The translations under genes were made by a program, and so were the position numbers. The notes beneath the pieces are model-generated. The model was not told the DNA's origin and made no database searches. It was given only the letters and a program-made list of their open reading frames with translations. A stretch of DNA of 64,000 bases from Phyllosticta citribraziliensis. Its lineage: Eukaryota. Shown in pieces: positions 48,605 to 61,304 of this stretch (position 1 is its first letter; each line of letters starts with the position of its first letter). The DNA is taken from NCBI RefSeq assembly GCF_038025025.1, contig NW_027117342.1, positions 1,302,001-1,366,000 on the forward strand, given 5' to 3'.

Positions 48605-51274
48605 ATGCAACAGAATTCTGCGCCTTCAGACGAGAATGCACAGAATAATCCCCAGGACGACCCTCTACCTCCGACAGTGGACAGTGGCGAGGTCTCCGGC
48701 GAGAGCAACACGGACAGCAAGCATTATCACGCCATCAAGGAGTCGGTGAACACGTCGATGGAGTCTACGCGCGGTAATGGCGAGGCTGATACTTCTGCTT
48801 CTGCTACTTCACCTGACAACCAGAGGCCAGTAAGCCAAAGCGCTGCATCTGAACGCCGGGCAAGGATGTCAGAACAGATGACTGCGCGAAGAGATCGCGA
48901 GCCTCGCCAAAGAAGTATTCCACGCTTTCGTGGAGGCGGTGGCTCGCCGCGCTCGCCAGTGTTAGCCCGCTCCTATTGTCTCGCTCTTCAGTCATGGCCA
49001 TGAGATTGATGATTTGACAGGGCAAGATCCAAAGACTTTATCCGACGGCTCTTCGATCGAAAGAAGATTAAACCGCTCGGTACCCCATACTCGTCCCTCC
49101 TAGCAAAGACTCCTCCCAATCGCAGCGACAGCGGCGGTTGGCCTTCGAACGGAAAAATTCCTAGCCAAGAGACCCCGAGACTTTTGGGTGATCGGACGAG
49201 CGTGGAGCATTCTGTGAGCCCTTGCCAACGTGCCGGACAGAGTGAGGTGGATCGGAGACGTAAAGTCAGAAGCCATCGAGGAGTTGCTTCGGGGAATCGC
49301 GGCATGACAGGAGACTCTCATAGATTCAAGTCATCTGAAGACGCTGTCTCGGCACCCGGAAAGACCCAGGTGGATGAATCTACGCAGGACCCTAACACTG
49401 GTATCCCACAAGGCGATGGAAACCGTGAGAACACAGACGAACAGACTGAGCATCAACAACATGCACGGTATAGTCACGTCATGACTGCTGCTCCTCCTGA
49501 ATTGGATGTTTCCAAGATCACTGGCCAAATTGATACTAAAGATGCACATCGCACTCATGAGCAAAGACCACGAGTACAACATGTACACCAGCAAAATTTT
49601 ATCAATGGGCCTTCGAAGTCAACCCAGATTGCTAGACACGCCAGTCTTCCTGATATTTCAAGACAAGAGGGTCAGAGCTCTGCGCATGGAAACACATCGT
49701 CAGTCAGGCCGCAGCTCACACTTGACACTAAACTGGAAACCAAAAGAGATGGTGAGCTCGAAAGTGCCGTCCAAACGACATCTCGGATCGCCTCGTCGTC
49801 AGCAATCTCATGGAGCAGCTCGACAACACTCTGCTCGGCAGCGCCATCTCGCTCGTCATCCAAAGAAGCAGACGACATTTCCAATTACTCAGAATCCGAC
49901 CAATCCTCTGCTTCTTCAGCACAGCAGCAGGAAAACCAGCCGTTCCAGCAAATCACCAACGACACCAGGACCGCCGTGGCAATTCCGCCTCGTCTGACTG
50001 CTGCGACGAAAGTGGACAAGCCAGGCACCGTAGCCACCAGGCGCGTCGACCGTTGTTCTGGGCTTCTGGAGAGCATTTGTAGAAGCGGTGATGGTACCGT
50101 TGAAACATGCTTGGATAGCTCAAACAATCCTCCTCCTAGTGGCGCAGGCTCAAACATTGTCGTGGGCGTCAACACCACGCCTGCCACTGCCGCTGCAACT
50201 CGGGCAGCGCCAGACGCCACCAACGCCAAAGATGTCACATACATGACCGCGTTGATGAGGGGAGGTGGCCACGGACCGCGTCTGGATCTGGATTCGTTCG
50301 CACCGTCAGAGCCACTTCCAGCGCCACGGACATCGCGCAGCCACTCCGCCATTTCGAGTCCGTCAGCACCGAGTCTGGGACCTATAAACGCCACGAATGC
50401 TTCTCAAATTTCATCTTTTGGTCCCCTTACTTTCGTGGGTGGTTGTGGCGGTGGCCATGAAAACTTAGGGGTCTCTGTTTCCTCTGCGCCCTGCGAATAC
50501 CCTGGCAAGAGCAGTGTTGTCGGAGCAAATGACGAGGACGGAGATGGCAGCAACGCCGATGTCGACGATATTTGTCCTGGCGCTGCACTGGCTTCGCCGT
50601 GCGGCAGCTCGCCCGGCACTGTTGCTGCGGCCATCGCCGTCGAGGTGACTTCGTTCCCCTCGTCGCTTCTCCGCCGCGTTGATGTCGTGCGTCCTGCTGT
50701 TCATGCTGATACTTTTGCTCCACTGCCGATGGCTGTGGCTGCGAATCGTGATGTCGACATCGACATGCATGTGCCGAGTCGTACGTCGAGTCTGTCGCCT
50801 GGTTCTCCTCTTACCCCTGCTCCCAAGTCTCCTGTTCAGGAGGGCGAGAATGCACCTGCTGAGCCAGCGCCACCAGCCGAGACGGAGAAGGAGAATGTAG
50901 GCGAGAAGGCGGATGCGACAACGCCGTCACAACCCTCTCCTCCTCGTCTCAGCTTGGATCAGCCCATCCGCTCGCCGAAGCGCCAGGCGAAACCATGGTG
51001 GGAGACTGGCGCTGGGTCTGCGGACAACGAGTTTGTCGCGGGCAGCGAGGGACAAGCAAGGGAACCAGGGAAAGAAGAGGGCGAGGGCGGTTCAGATGGG
51101 CCTGCATTTTGTGGTGTTGGTACTGGTCGTGGTGTTTGGGATGGCGATGCGGCGACGCGCTCGACGGATGTCGAAAAAGTGGAAATGGAAATGCCGGAGC
51201 GAAGAAGGAAGAGAGATGGGCGTAGGGAACGGGCGGATCGCTGTTCGACGGGCAGTTGGATTTCAATGGAGTAG
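48605..51274 (+). CDS. Low-complexity, probably disordered hypothetical protein (~870 aa, 2 exons)
   Basis: 150-aa and 696-aa ORFs joined in frame by intron GTTAGC 48961 to CAG 49020; S/T/A/P/E-rich with no recognisable domain. Confidence 0.6.
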
Positions 51275-54200
51275 TGTGTTTTCTTGTCTTTGTGGGGTGT
51301 TCTTTTACTACTGTAGAATGGACCGGGGGGGGAAGGGTTGGTTGATTCGTCGAAGCGAAATTGATTGGATTGACATGGTTGGCTAGATTGAGGACGGAAA
51401 GGGGAGATGGGAGAAGGTGGAAGGATGAATTCGTTCGCCGGGCTTGGTCATGATACTGTTTCTGTTTGTGTCTGCGCTTTGGACTTTGTGACTGAGATGC
51501 CGTCGCTGTGCCGTTCATTCTTGCATTTGTGTGGAGTCTTGTCTGGTTTCCTTGGGACGAGAAATCTTCATCAGTCTTCTGCTTTACAAATCTACCTCTT
51601 CGTGGTTATTATGGTACGCGGGCTGTCGTCGAAGTGCCCGTTGAGTAATTTCCGACTTAAGAAATAGGCCGCGCCTTCGACAGATACATACAGCATATGA
51701 CAAGCCTGTCTAGGCAGGTGCGAGAGCTGTGAGTTGTGGGATGTGAGTCGAGACATCTTGGTCTGGATCCAGATCTGGGTCCTCGCCGACGCATGCCATG
51801 AATTGTGTGGAGAACTTGGGTTGTCACTTGTCGTGCGCAGCAGACGATCAGAGTAGGGAGAAATGCCGATCTCTGTTTTATTTTCCCTCTTTGACGTAAA
51901 TCTTCACGCTTCCTACTTACATGTACTTTCTCCCGAATGGCCGTCAAGCGCCGCCTGTCTTCGCTGCCCTGTCCTGCCCCGGTCTGAACCAGACAACTCT
52001 GGAATCTCAAAAAAGGAGAGTAGTCAGTGCTGTCAGCCAGGCAGAGCAGCTGGGTGTACCTACTCCAGACTCCTAGGGGCAGGTAAACTGCATCACCTAC
52101 CTCCTATTGTATCCAGGTCGTGCAGCCGACAATGCATCCCGGCCAGTCCAGATCCAGATCCAGTCCCGCCAGTATTGAGACGTAGGAGTGGCGAGTAGCC
52201 CATTCATTCCCAGACTAGGAGTACCTAGTGCAGCCAGCCAGCCAGCCAGCCAGAGAGCCATGTGGATAATGTTTCTACCGGTGCACCAGGAGAATGCATG
52301 GGCGGTGGCTGGCTAGGTACTGTACCTATGTGTGCAGTGACAGTCTGCTTGTTTGGGGCGCTGGCTGGCTGGCTGGCTGGCTGGACGGATGGGCGGTTGG
52401 TGGTGTCGAGTCGAGTCGGGCGGGCTGGATGTCTGGTCCTTGGTGCAGCTAGCGGACCAGAATTGCTACAGGTCCGTGGCATAGGTACGCACCCACGCGA
52501 TGCTTGGATGGCAGAGAGAGTGGATTCTGAGGCGGCAACATGGACAGATGGTTTGATGGGCGGTGTTTCGATTGTTTCATCAAGTGCTCCGTGTGTTCTT
52601 CCTACACTTCTTTTTTTGTTGAAATCCGTCTCGAGACGCGAGAAACCTCGACTTTCCATGCTCTTGTAGATCGTGACGTGTGAGAAGGGTAAGAAAGCGG
52701 AGAAAGGTGTTTGTGCAACTCGACGGCGCGCCTGCCTACCTGCTTGCTCTCCTCCTTTGCGCCCGGCACCAGCGACTCCTACTCGGCGATGCGACCAGGT
52801 TCTCCTCTCGCAACCCACCGTCGCAAGCAAATCTACCATCGACATCGTCGACCGCGCTCTGCCAGTCGCTCATCGTCTCCGCGGACCACGACCATCCAGG
52901 TCCCAAAAATGACCGAGCGAGAGCATCGCGCATAGTCCATCATCTGGCCTTCCTACCTAGGTTCTGCGACGCCCGCCAGGATTGCTCTCGGCTTCGGAGC
53001 TTTGGCCTTCCAGATGAAAACGCAGGCAGGTAAAGTAGGTAACGTCGCACAAAGAGGGACGCACGCACGCTCGGGTCCAGTCGTCGGTGTCGGTCGGTTG
53101 TTGCCCACGCCAACGGACGCGCCCAGCCTGCCTCGGGTGCCCAGTCCATCCCAGAGAGGGGTGTGTTTGCGAAAACGGAAACGAAAATATAATAATGAAG
53201 GTAGTAATGAATGCTGCAGCGCAGCATAAAGTGAATGCGCTCGTACTTGGTGCAGGAAGTGTGCTCACGCCACGCCCACGTGAAGACGATGCAGCCGAGA
53301 AGCCGATCCCCATTTTCCGTATTGCCTTGGTGGTGCAGCAGCAGCACACGGCATGGAATGCAATTCATGCCATGTTTGAAGGAGGCGAGCGAGTCCATAT
53401 GGTGGTGGGTGGGATCGAGGGAGTGGTGTCATGTCTCGACATCCCATGCGTGTGCGCACACGCCCGCCTGCCTACATGTACCTTGCCTACCTGTCGACTG
53501 GCCGGCCGCGCACTGTGAGGTGTGAGGTCGAAGGTGGGTGGGTTGGTTGCGTGCCGGTCGGTGGTTGCTCAGCAGGACAGCCAGACGGTGGAAAGACAGG
53601 CACTGGAGACAGCCGCGAGACCAGCGCTCACGCTCACACGACGCCCACACCCACCCACCTGCCCGCCCGCCCACTGATACGCCGCATTGCCATGCCATGC
53701 CATGCCATGCGATACGACACGCCTCGGAAACTGATGAGCGTGCTGCGAAAAGGTGACGAGGGCACGACAGCAGCGGCAGCTCGAGACAGGTCTGCGCAGT
53801 GGCGGGTTGCGTGGCCGGAAAACCTCGCGATGGGTACGCACATGGGAAATACAGGCAGGACCGTCAGTCAGCAGGGGGGACAGGAGACGGTGGTGGATCG
53901 CTCTTGTTGCTTTTTTGCTCTCCTGCTCTCCTGTTCGCTCGCTTGCCGGCTTGTTTGCAGGGGAGTCTAGATGCGGCACTGCGCCAGAGCAGGGCGGGGC
54001 GCTGCGCGGTGGTGGGGTCCCGTGGTGGTTGGTTCGCTTGATGAGAGGGTTACTGCTGTGGGGGCTGATTACATACATGGCGTACATGGTGATTGGAGGC
54101 AGGAAGTTTGCGTTTGGAATGGGCGCTGCTTTTTCGGATGAGGAAACGAAAAATGAGAAACAACCTTTCGCGTCTGTCTTAGTCGTCGTCGTCGTCGTCG

Positions 54201-54740
54201 TCGTCGGCGTCGTCGTCGTTTGACGCGTCGAGTGCGCGCTACGCCTGACAGACCGGGACACGAACCTGGACCAGCAACGAAAACGAACGACGGGCGAGCC
54301 AAGGAACAGATGAGGGGGGATGACGGTCGACGGGTTGATGATCTCGACGGAGGATGCCGTTGGTTGGGCTTTTCTGTCTGTGATGTTAGCGGGAGAGCTG
54401 AGGGAGCCAGTGACTGCCTGCCTCTTTGAGCGCGGCCGAGCGACCAAGTGTGGGCCCAGCTCGCTCCCCGCGTTTGTCTCTACCCGGTTAGAACAGCCCT
54501 AGCCACGATTCAGCAGAGAGGAACAGAAGTTGGAGGGAAGAAGTGTGAGGAGCAAGGAAACTCGTGTGCGTCTTTCATTTCTGGTCGTCGTCGTCCCATC
54601 TATAACTATGCCGTCCGTCCGTGATTTCGTCTCGATTAGGCCATTACTCAAACGCTCCAGGCATGATGAATGTACATGGATCGAGGTACAAAGGGAATTC
54701 GACAAGACTCATGCTCCAAACGACGGACTGTAAACGCTGC

Positions 54741-54786
54741 AAAAAAAAAAAAAAAAAAAGAAGAAGAAAAAAAAAAAAAAGAAAAG
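54741..54786. repeat. Interrupted poly(A) tract
   Basis: A-run/GAAGAAG/A-run, ~46 nt. Confidence 0.9.
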
Positions 54787-55371
54787 AGGCACTGGCGACT
54801 AATGTCGAGTCCTCCTCGTTGGGGTATCTTCCTAACGCCGGGCAGGCAGGCGGGTGAGCGTCGAGAAGTCCAGTCAGCGACGGGCAACGAGTGAGCCCAT
54901 TGCTGGAATGTAACCTCTCCTCCGCCTCTCCTGCTGCCATGATTTTGTTGTGCGATGCAGCCTTCCATTCATCAGCCGTTGCGGTATTCTGAAAAGTACA
55001 ATGCGTTCATGTGCTGAATGATTGTGTTTGCACTCCTGGGGGCGACGATCCATGGCAAAACAAAGTACATCTTGCGGCTGCGGGTGAGCCTTGTTGGTGG
55101 ATCTGAGATAAGCTCAGCCTCGGCGTCCATGTTTCACGGCTGCTTGTTTTGTCTCTGCAGTTTGTGGCCGATTGGCCCCCCGGTGGTGTTGACGTGGATT
55201 CATGCCGTGAGGTGATGCGTAACTGTTGCTAAATCCTGAAATGCCGATGCGGGTGACGGGATGACTGGAATTGGAAAAACGGCGAGCGTGTGGGAGCGCA
55301 GCTTTGGTACCCCAGGCTCTAGCAGGGAGAGTCTAAGCAATCGAGCTGCACACACGATGCAAGCCTGGATC

Positions 55372-57135
55372 TCAAATAACCAAGCCGCCAAACGCCTCGG
55401 CCACGCCCGTCAGCGGTGCCTTGGCGCGGCCAAAGAATAAGCGGCTCCTCCGGTTGCTTTGTTTCTGTTGGTGCTCCCGCTCGCCCTCGCTCTCAATCTT
55501 CTTCAGCTGGGGCGGTCCAGCAGCGGCGGCAGGAGCCGGGCGTGTCCTGGCCGGGCTTAGCGGCTCAGTCGGGGCGTCGCCACTGCGAGCACCAAAGAGT
55601 TCGGTCTCCGTAATCGTGTTTCGAGCCGTGCTGTTGCTGGTGATGGGCGTGAGGTATGCAGAGTAATTGCCGTCGCTTTCGACGTGCACGGAAAATGGCC
55701 GAACGCTCTCGCCGCTCGCTTCGCGGCGCACAGTGCGGCGCCTGGTGAGCTGGCGAAGGCAGGCTTCGCGCTGGTCCGGAGTAAAGTGGTGAGCAGAGTA
55801 GTGCGGGGGAAGTTCGGAATAGTACGAGACGGTCTGGCGTTTGGCATTGATGCGCAAGCGGCGGCCCCCGTGAAAGACGACGTCGCTGGCTCTCGGAGAG
55901 TTGCACATGAGAACGGGGGCGCAGCGCTTGCGGTATCGAAGAAGGGAGGACGGGGAAGGGTCGGGCGTTGCGAGCTTTGCGCTGACGTCGGGTCGTAGCT
56001 CTTCGAACGATGGCCGGGAGGTGCCAGTCACGGACGTCACGTCTGTCACGCCGTCGGCAAATGTGGGCTGCTCCGAACTAGCCGTGATTTCCGTTTCGCT
56101 CCTTGCCAGGGTGACTTGAGGAGCTGATGGGAGCAAAAGATCCGAAGGGTCCATTTCTTCGCTGGCTGCTTCGCGGGCCGGGGGAATGGCGGCGCGCTCT
56201 TCCTCGACGGCCTCCAAGGCCAGGTTGGGATACATTGTGCGAATGATGCGCTCCTGCTCGGCGAGCAAGCGTCGGGCAGAAACGTCAATGTTTTCGCTGC
56301 GGGGCCTGGTGGTGGTGGTGGTGGTGGTGGTGGTGCCGCCGTTGGAGCCGTCGAGTTGTCGCTGACGGCGTCCACGCCTGGGTATGCTGCGGTAGCGGGG
56401 CTCGCTGCGGACGTCGAGCGGCTGGGAAATGTCGACGGCAGTGCAAATTTGCTCCACCCAGTCAAGCATGTCTCCCTGGTCGCGACTGCAGAGAAGGAAT
56501 TGCTCGGTTTCCAGCCTCAGGCGGATGACGTGCTCCCTGATGGGCCAAAAGAGATGGGGGTCGGTTTCGTAGAGGGATTGGCGCGCAGCAGGAGGTATCA
56601 GCTTAGCCAATGGCGAACGGGGAGTGAGGTCAGTCTTTTTGAAATCCAGAGCCAAGCCGATTTCGGCGTGTTGGAGGGAGTAGTTCTTGAGGAGACGGCC
56701 GGGGGAGGGCTTGTGGGAGCGTTTGCCAAAGAATTGGTGCTTGAGGCGGTAGATGCTGAGCATGGTGCCGCGGAGCACGACGTAGACGTCGATCCAATTG
56801 GCTTGCTTTGAGCAGGGAAGCTCGAAAATGTTTGTTACTTCCTTTTTGAAGGCCAGAGGACCCTGGAACTCGATGGCGCACGAGTAAGGCGGCAGATGAT
56901 CTGAAGGTCGGCTTGACTCGGGATTTTGGAGCGAAGAGGCATAAGTGGGAGGAGTCTGATTCGGGTCCTGGGGGAGCGAGTGGGTGTGGAAGGTGTTGTG
57001 GTAGCCGTAGCAGCTGGTGTGGGCAGCCCTGGGGTCGTCCTGAGGGTCCTGGGGCTGGTTGGCGGGATTGGGAGACATGGTGGGAGGATGGCGGTGATGG
57101 CGAAGGAGAAGAGCGACCAACGCAGCGAGCGCCAT
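55372..57135 (-). CDS. PH-domain protein (YHR131C/YNL144C-like) with PY motifs
   Basis: LPPYSC, WIDVYVVLRGTMLSIY, YSLQHAEIGLA, VIRLRLETEQFLL, WVEQICTAVDISQPLD; alternative start at 57078. Confidence 0.85.
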   Translation of the reverse strand: MALAALVALLLRHHRHPPTMSPNPANQPQDPQDDPRAAHTSCYGYHNTFHTHSLPQDPNQTPPTYASSLQNPESSRPSDHLPPYSCAIEFQGPLAFKKEVTNIFELPCSKQANWIDVYVVLRGTMLSIYRLKHQFFGKRSHKPSPGRLLKNYSLQHAEIGLALDFKKTDLTPRSPLAKLIPPAARQSLYETDPHLFWPIREHVIRLRLETEQFLLCSRDQGDMLDWVEQICTAVDISQPLDVRSEPRYRSIPRRGRRQRQLDGSNGGTTTTTTTTTRPRSENIDVSARRLLAEQERIIRTMYPNLALEAVEEERAAIPPAREAASEEMDPSDLLLPSAPQVTLARSETEITASSEQPTFADGVTDVTSVTGTSRPSFEELRPDVSAKLATPDPSPSSLLRYRKRCAPVLMCNSPRASDVVFHGGRRLRINAKRQTVSYYSELPPHYSAHHFTPDQREACLRQLTRRRTVRREASGESVRPFSVHVESDGNYSAYLTPITSNSTARNTITETELFGARSGDAPTEPLSPARTRPAPAAAAGPPQLKKIESEGEREHQQKQSNRRSRLFFGRAKAPLTGVAEAFGGLVI

Positions 57136-60100
57136 GGTGGTCTTTTTATCGGGATATGAGACTTGTCGGATAGGGACCGGGGCGTTTGTGGCACAAGGCG
57201 GCCTCTTGGACTACTCAGCAGTGGCACACATGGCGACCAGAGTTGGTGGGAGGAAGAGTGGCGAGAGCGTGGTCGACGTGTGGCGCAGGGGCGGAGTGGT
57301 TAGGTTTGGCTGGGTTAGTGTTGGGAGCAGAGTCGAGAGTCGTGGGAGTCGAAGGGTAGGGGAAGGGTATGAGGCTCGGCGGGGACAAAGAGGTTGGTTG
57401 TATGGGTAATATACACGGTGGACTGGGCAGCTTGTACAGTTATAGCCATGGTGGAGTGTTCGGTGGGTGTGCGGTGCAGTGCAGTCGCAGGTGCAGGTGA
57501 CCCTGCAGGTGGACCGGGAGGGGGGAAGGGCTCGAGTCGGTCACGCCAGCCATGGATGGAGGATGGATTGATTGTTCCTGGGCTGACGCCGTTGTGGCCC
57601 ATAACAATAGATCCATGGCCGATGCACTACGCCAGACACGCCGCTCACCGTTGCGCGACACTGGCAGAGAGAGAGAGGCCTGGCCACGATGGGAGCTGAG
57701 AAGAACAGAGGACAGAGGACAGGACAGCAGCAGTGGAGAGCCGAGCAGCGGCATCCCTCCAGAGCTTGTTTCTCCGCACACGTCGCGCAGCCCTAAGAGC
57801 GACAAGACCTTGACGCTGTGTCTCCACACGCACCAGACGGCATGGATCGCTTTTCGCGCTGCAGCTGCCATGCCATGGATGGATGGCTGCACGAGCCCTT
57901 CACTGCAGTCTGGTGGGCTGGCATGACGGTCGAATGTCTTTTCTCGTGGGGCCAAAGTGACGTCTCGCTGCTCTGGTTCCCCGCTTTCGCTTCAAAACTC
58001 GCTATACCGACCAATTTCCCTTCGTCGCCGCCAACTCACCCAACCCGTCGCCTCTGCCCGACAAAAACTTTAATGCCCCCCCCCCGCCCAATCACAACCA
58101 TTCCATTGCACCCTCTGCCAGGTTATCCACGTGCCTTGATTTTAACCTCATCGACCTCTGGCTGTTGTTGCTCTTGGTCGACGCGACAAAGCCGACTGCC
58201 TCGGCCTTTTCTCGACGTCAAAGAGAAAATTCCATCACTGCCTGCCGTCAGACTGTCAGCCATCATCCTCTTGTCCCACCGCCCATCAACCTCGACTTTC
58301 GCGCACCAAGACGACGTCCTGCCAAAATTCTGAGCCTTCCGTCCGTCCCAGGTCGTCCCCCGTCGTTGCGGGACCCTTCGATACGCTTAATTCGCCCAGG
58401 GGTCCAGGGTCATCCTGTCCCTCCCGTCTACCGTTGGTCCTTCACATGACGCCTTCATTGCCGCGTGCTGCTCCACTTCCCGCCCTCGACTCTCGCAATC
58501 CGTCACAACGGATCCAGATGCCGTGCCCTGCGAGAATTGACCGCTCTCGTCCAACTCGTCGCCACTGCCGTCCGTCCCGACCTCTGCTTGGTCTTTGGCC
58601 GCTGCTCGCACGCCTCTGGCTTGATTACTAGCCTTGTCGCTTACTGCGGGATCTCCGCCAGCATTCGCTCTGTATTTCTCCATCACCATCATGCCACCAA
58701 CCACCACTCCCTGACGGATGGGGCGCACGAGGCGCTGCCACAGCCGGCCACGACATGACTGCATTCCCAGTCACCACCTGACGTTTATCTTGTCTGTTGT
58801 CTGTATGTCATCACGACACCCAATTCCAGACGAATTTTCCTATGCCTGCAGCCCTAGGCCCGTCCTAGTCTGACGCCGCCGCCATAGTCGCATAAGCACC
58901 GCTCTTCCAGCCATTCTCCAACCGACCCACCCCTCGCTGCAATGGCGCCGACATCTCTCAACACCAAACCAACTACTCCGTACCGGCCATCTCCTCGCAC
59001 CAAGCACCTCACCATCCTCCCAAAACCACCATTGTGCCACCCCAACGCACACATCCGGATGACTGATGGTCTCCCGCCTCCTGCTACTACCACGCGCGTC
59101 ATCTCCAACTGCTCTCTGGCGTCTGCTGCAACACAACGCCCCCTCCCCCCGAAGAACACGTCAACTCCCGCTGCGTCCGCGCCCAATTTCACAATTTCTT
59201 TTCTCTCCATCTCCCCGTACTCAACACCAGGGTACATGGCATCGTCGACAGACATAGGTACCCGCAACGCGCCCGCCGCCCGCCTGGCGCCGCAAATCGT
59301 CCCCCTGCTCCCGCCATCTCATCACCCGCCATCCGAGATCCGCAGCCAGGTAGCCAGGTAGCCAGGGCGAGGCAGCCCACTACCGTCTACGTCTACGCAA
59401 GGTCGGTACCTGATTGATCTCCACGCGACGATGGATGCGCCGCCCACTCGTCTGCGTTTCGTCGTCTGCCTCCCCGCACCTCAAACACGCGCGTCTCTTT
59501 TTTTCGTTCCCTCTCCGCAAGTCTTCATCTCGCCAGATACAACAGGCGGGGTCACCCCTTCCGCCACACCCCCACCCCCTCTTCCGTTTTTTGCTCATCA
59601 ACCAAGTCCACGTACCCCTCAACCCTTCCCTTCCTTCCCCTCACTCGCCGCCATGGATGCTCATCCTCGGCTCCCGACATTCGCAATTCGCCATTCGCAA
59701 TTCGTATAGTCGACCGACGGAAAGGGACATGTCCTTCCTTCCTTCCGTCCAATCCCATCCAGCCAACCAAGGTACCACTCGGCAAGGCAAATCTCTGTAC
59801 CTAGGCAAGCCACGACGCGCCACGCACGGCCAGCGTGTACAGCTGTACTTTCCCACCGTCCGCTATCCTCGCTCACCTTCCTGTTTCGGCGCACGACGTG
59901 GAGAAGCGCCTAGCTTTCGTTCCTTTGGCTTCGAGGGGTAACGTCGGACCGTGCGAGATCCGAGATGAACGTGCTGAACGGCGCGCTTGTCGTGTCGTGA
60001 CCTGTCGACGGCGATTCGTCTGCGAAGCCCGTTTCGTCGTCGCGCGCCGAATCGTCGCTTGGCCTTGCCGTTCGACGCAACGTCAGGGCGTGCGGGCTTC

Positions 60101-61304
60101 TTTGGAGATGAGAACAGGAGCCGCCATGTCGCTTCGTGAGGAGAATTGATGACGGACCCATAGTCCAAGTGAGGCCCTCTTGGACTCTGCCTATACAACC
60201 GCCGTCTCCAGCGTTCGCCCCGGGCCTTCAGACCGTCGCTCCATGCATTGGCACAGTCGCGTAGGCTCGTCGACCCATGGAAGAGACACTGTAGTACTCC
60301 GAGCCCCACAGACGGTAAAGTAAGACGAGCGTGTGCGCAGCAGCGGCTTGCTCCTAGTCTCGACACTGCCAACTCCATCGTATCTCTTGAGGAATCATTT
60401 GTCTGCTGCTGTGCTCGTGCGCCTCTGATGACGGCTGTCTACGCCGCGCAGTAAAGAGGGGGGTGGAGACAAATGGACGGACGACGCGGCGACCGGACGT
60501 CGCTTTTCTTCCTGGCCGCCTTCTTGCTGCAATGGTCCAAGTGCCTGTCGGTTCAAATGCCTCAGACCAGCCTTTAGAATTGGTGCTGCCTTGGCTTGAC
60601 AAAGCGCATTCAATGGTATGCTGCTGCTCGGCACCAGCAGTGAGTGTCCCTGAGCGAAGGAGGAGTAGATCGATGAAGCGCGTCCACAACACAACGAGTC
60701 AAGACAATGAACAGAGCGTTGGGGAGGTTGAAAGAAAAGGGCACGACGGCTCTAGATCCATTGCTGTTCGGTCCTCGCGTGAAGGGACGGCAGGCGGAAG
60801 ATGATGCCTTTGCATCTAGGTCGCCGCCGTGGCCTGTGTCTTATCATTCGGTCGCGTGGACAGGCAGGTGTGGACGGTGGGAGTGATGAGTGCCACGTCC
60901 AACTCAAATGACCCCCTGTCAAGCAAGCAAGCCGTAGTGGATTGAATCAAGATCCTGACGATTGATGATTGATGACGATGATGAGATCTCGAGATAGCAA
61001 CAGAAAGAGAGCCAGAGAAGAGAAGAGCTAAAGAGAGAGATGACCCCACCACCCCCTTGACAAAACTTCTCCTCCCTCCCACCTGCTTGCTTACTCTATC
61101 TATAACCCCCATCCGTCCGTCCGTCCGTCCATCCACTCATTCATTCATTCGTTCCCAAACTCATCGTCCTTCCCATTATGTGCTGCTACCTTCGCTTCCG
61201 CCGGAGCGCACGCATCACATCACCAAAAGCATCATCCACCACCTTCTTCGCCGCGATACAAAAACAGAAGAGTTAGCCACCAATTCCAGCCCATATGCAA
61301 TCAT

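Noticed and set aside
54741..54786. Poly(A) tail of a retroposed element
   Set aside because: No target-site duplication or recognisable upstream element; the region is rich in simple repeats.
60883..60958. Second box C/D snoRNA (GTGATGA..CTGA)
   Set aside because: The putative guide pairs with rRNA only through wobbles at no site I recognise, it has no intron context, and it lies downstream of the WD40 gene on the opposite strand.
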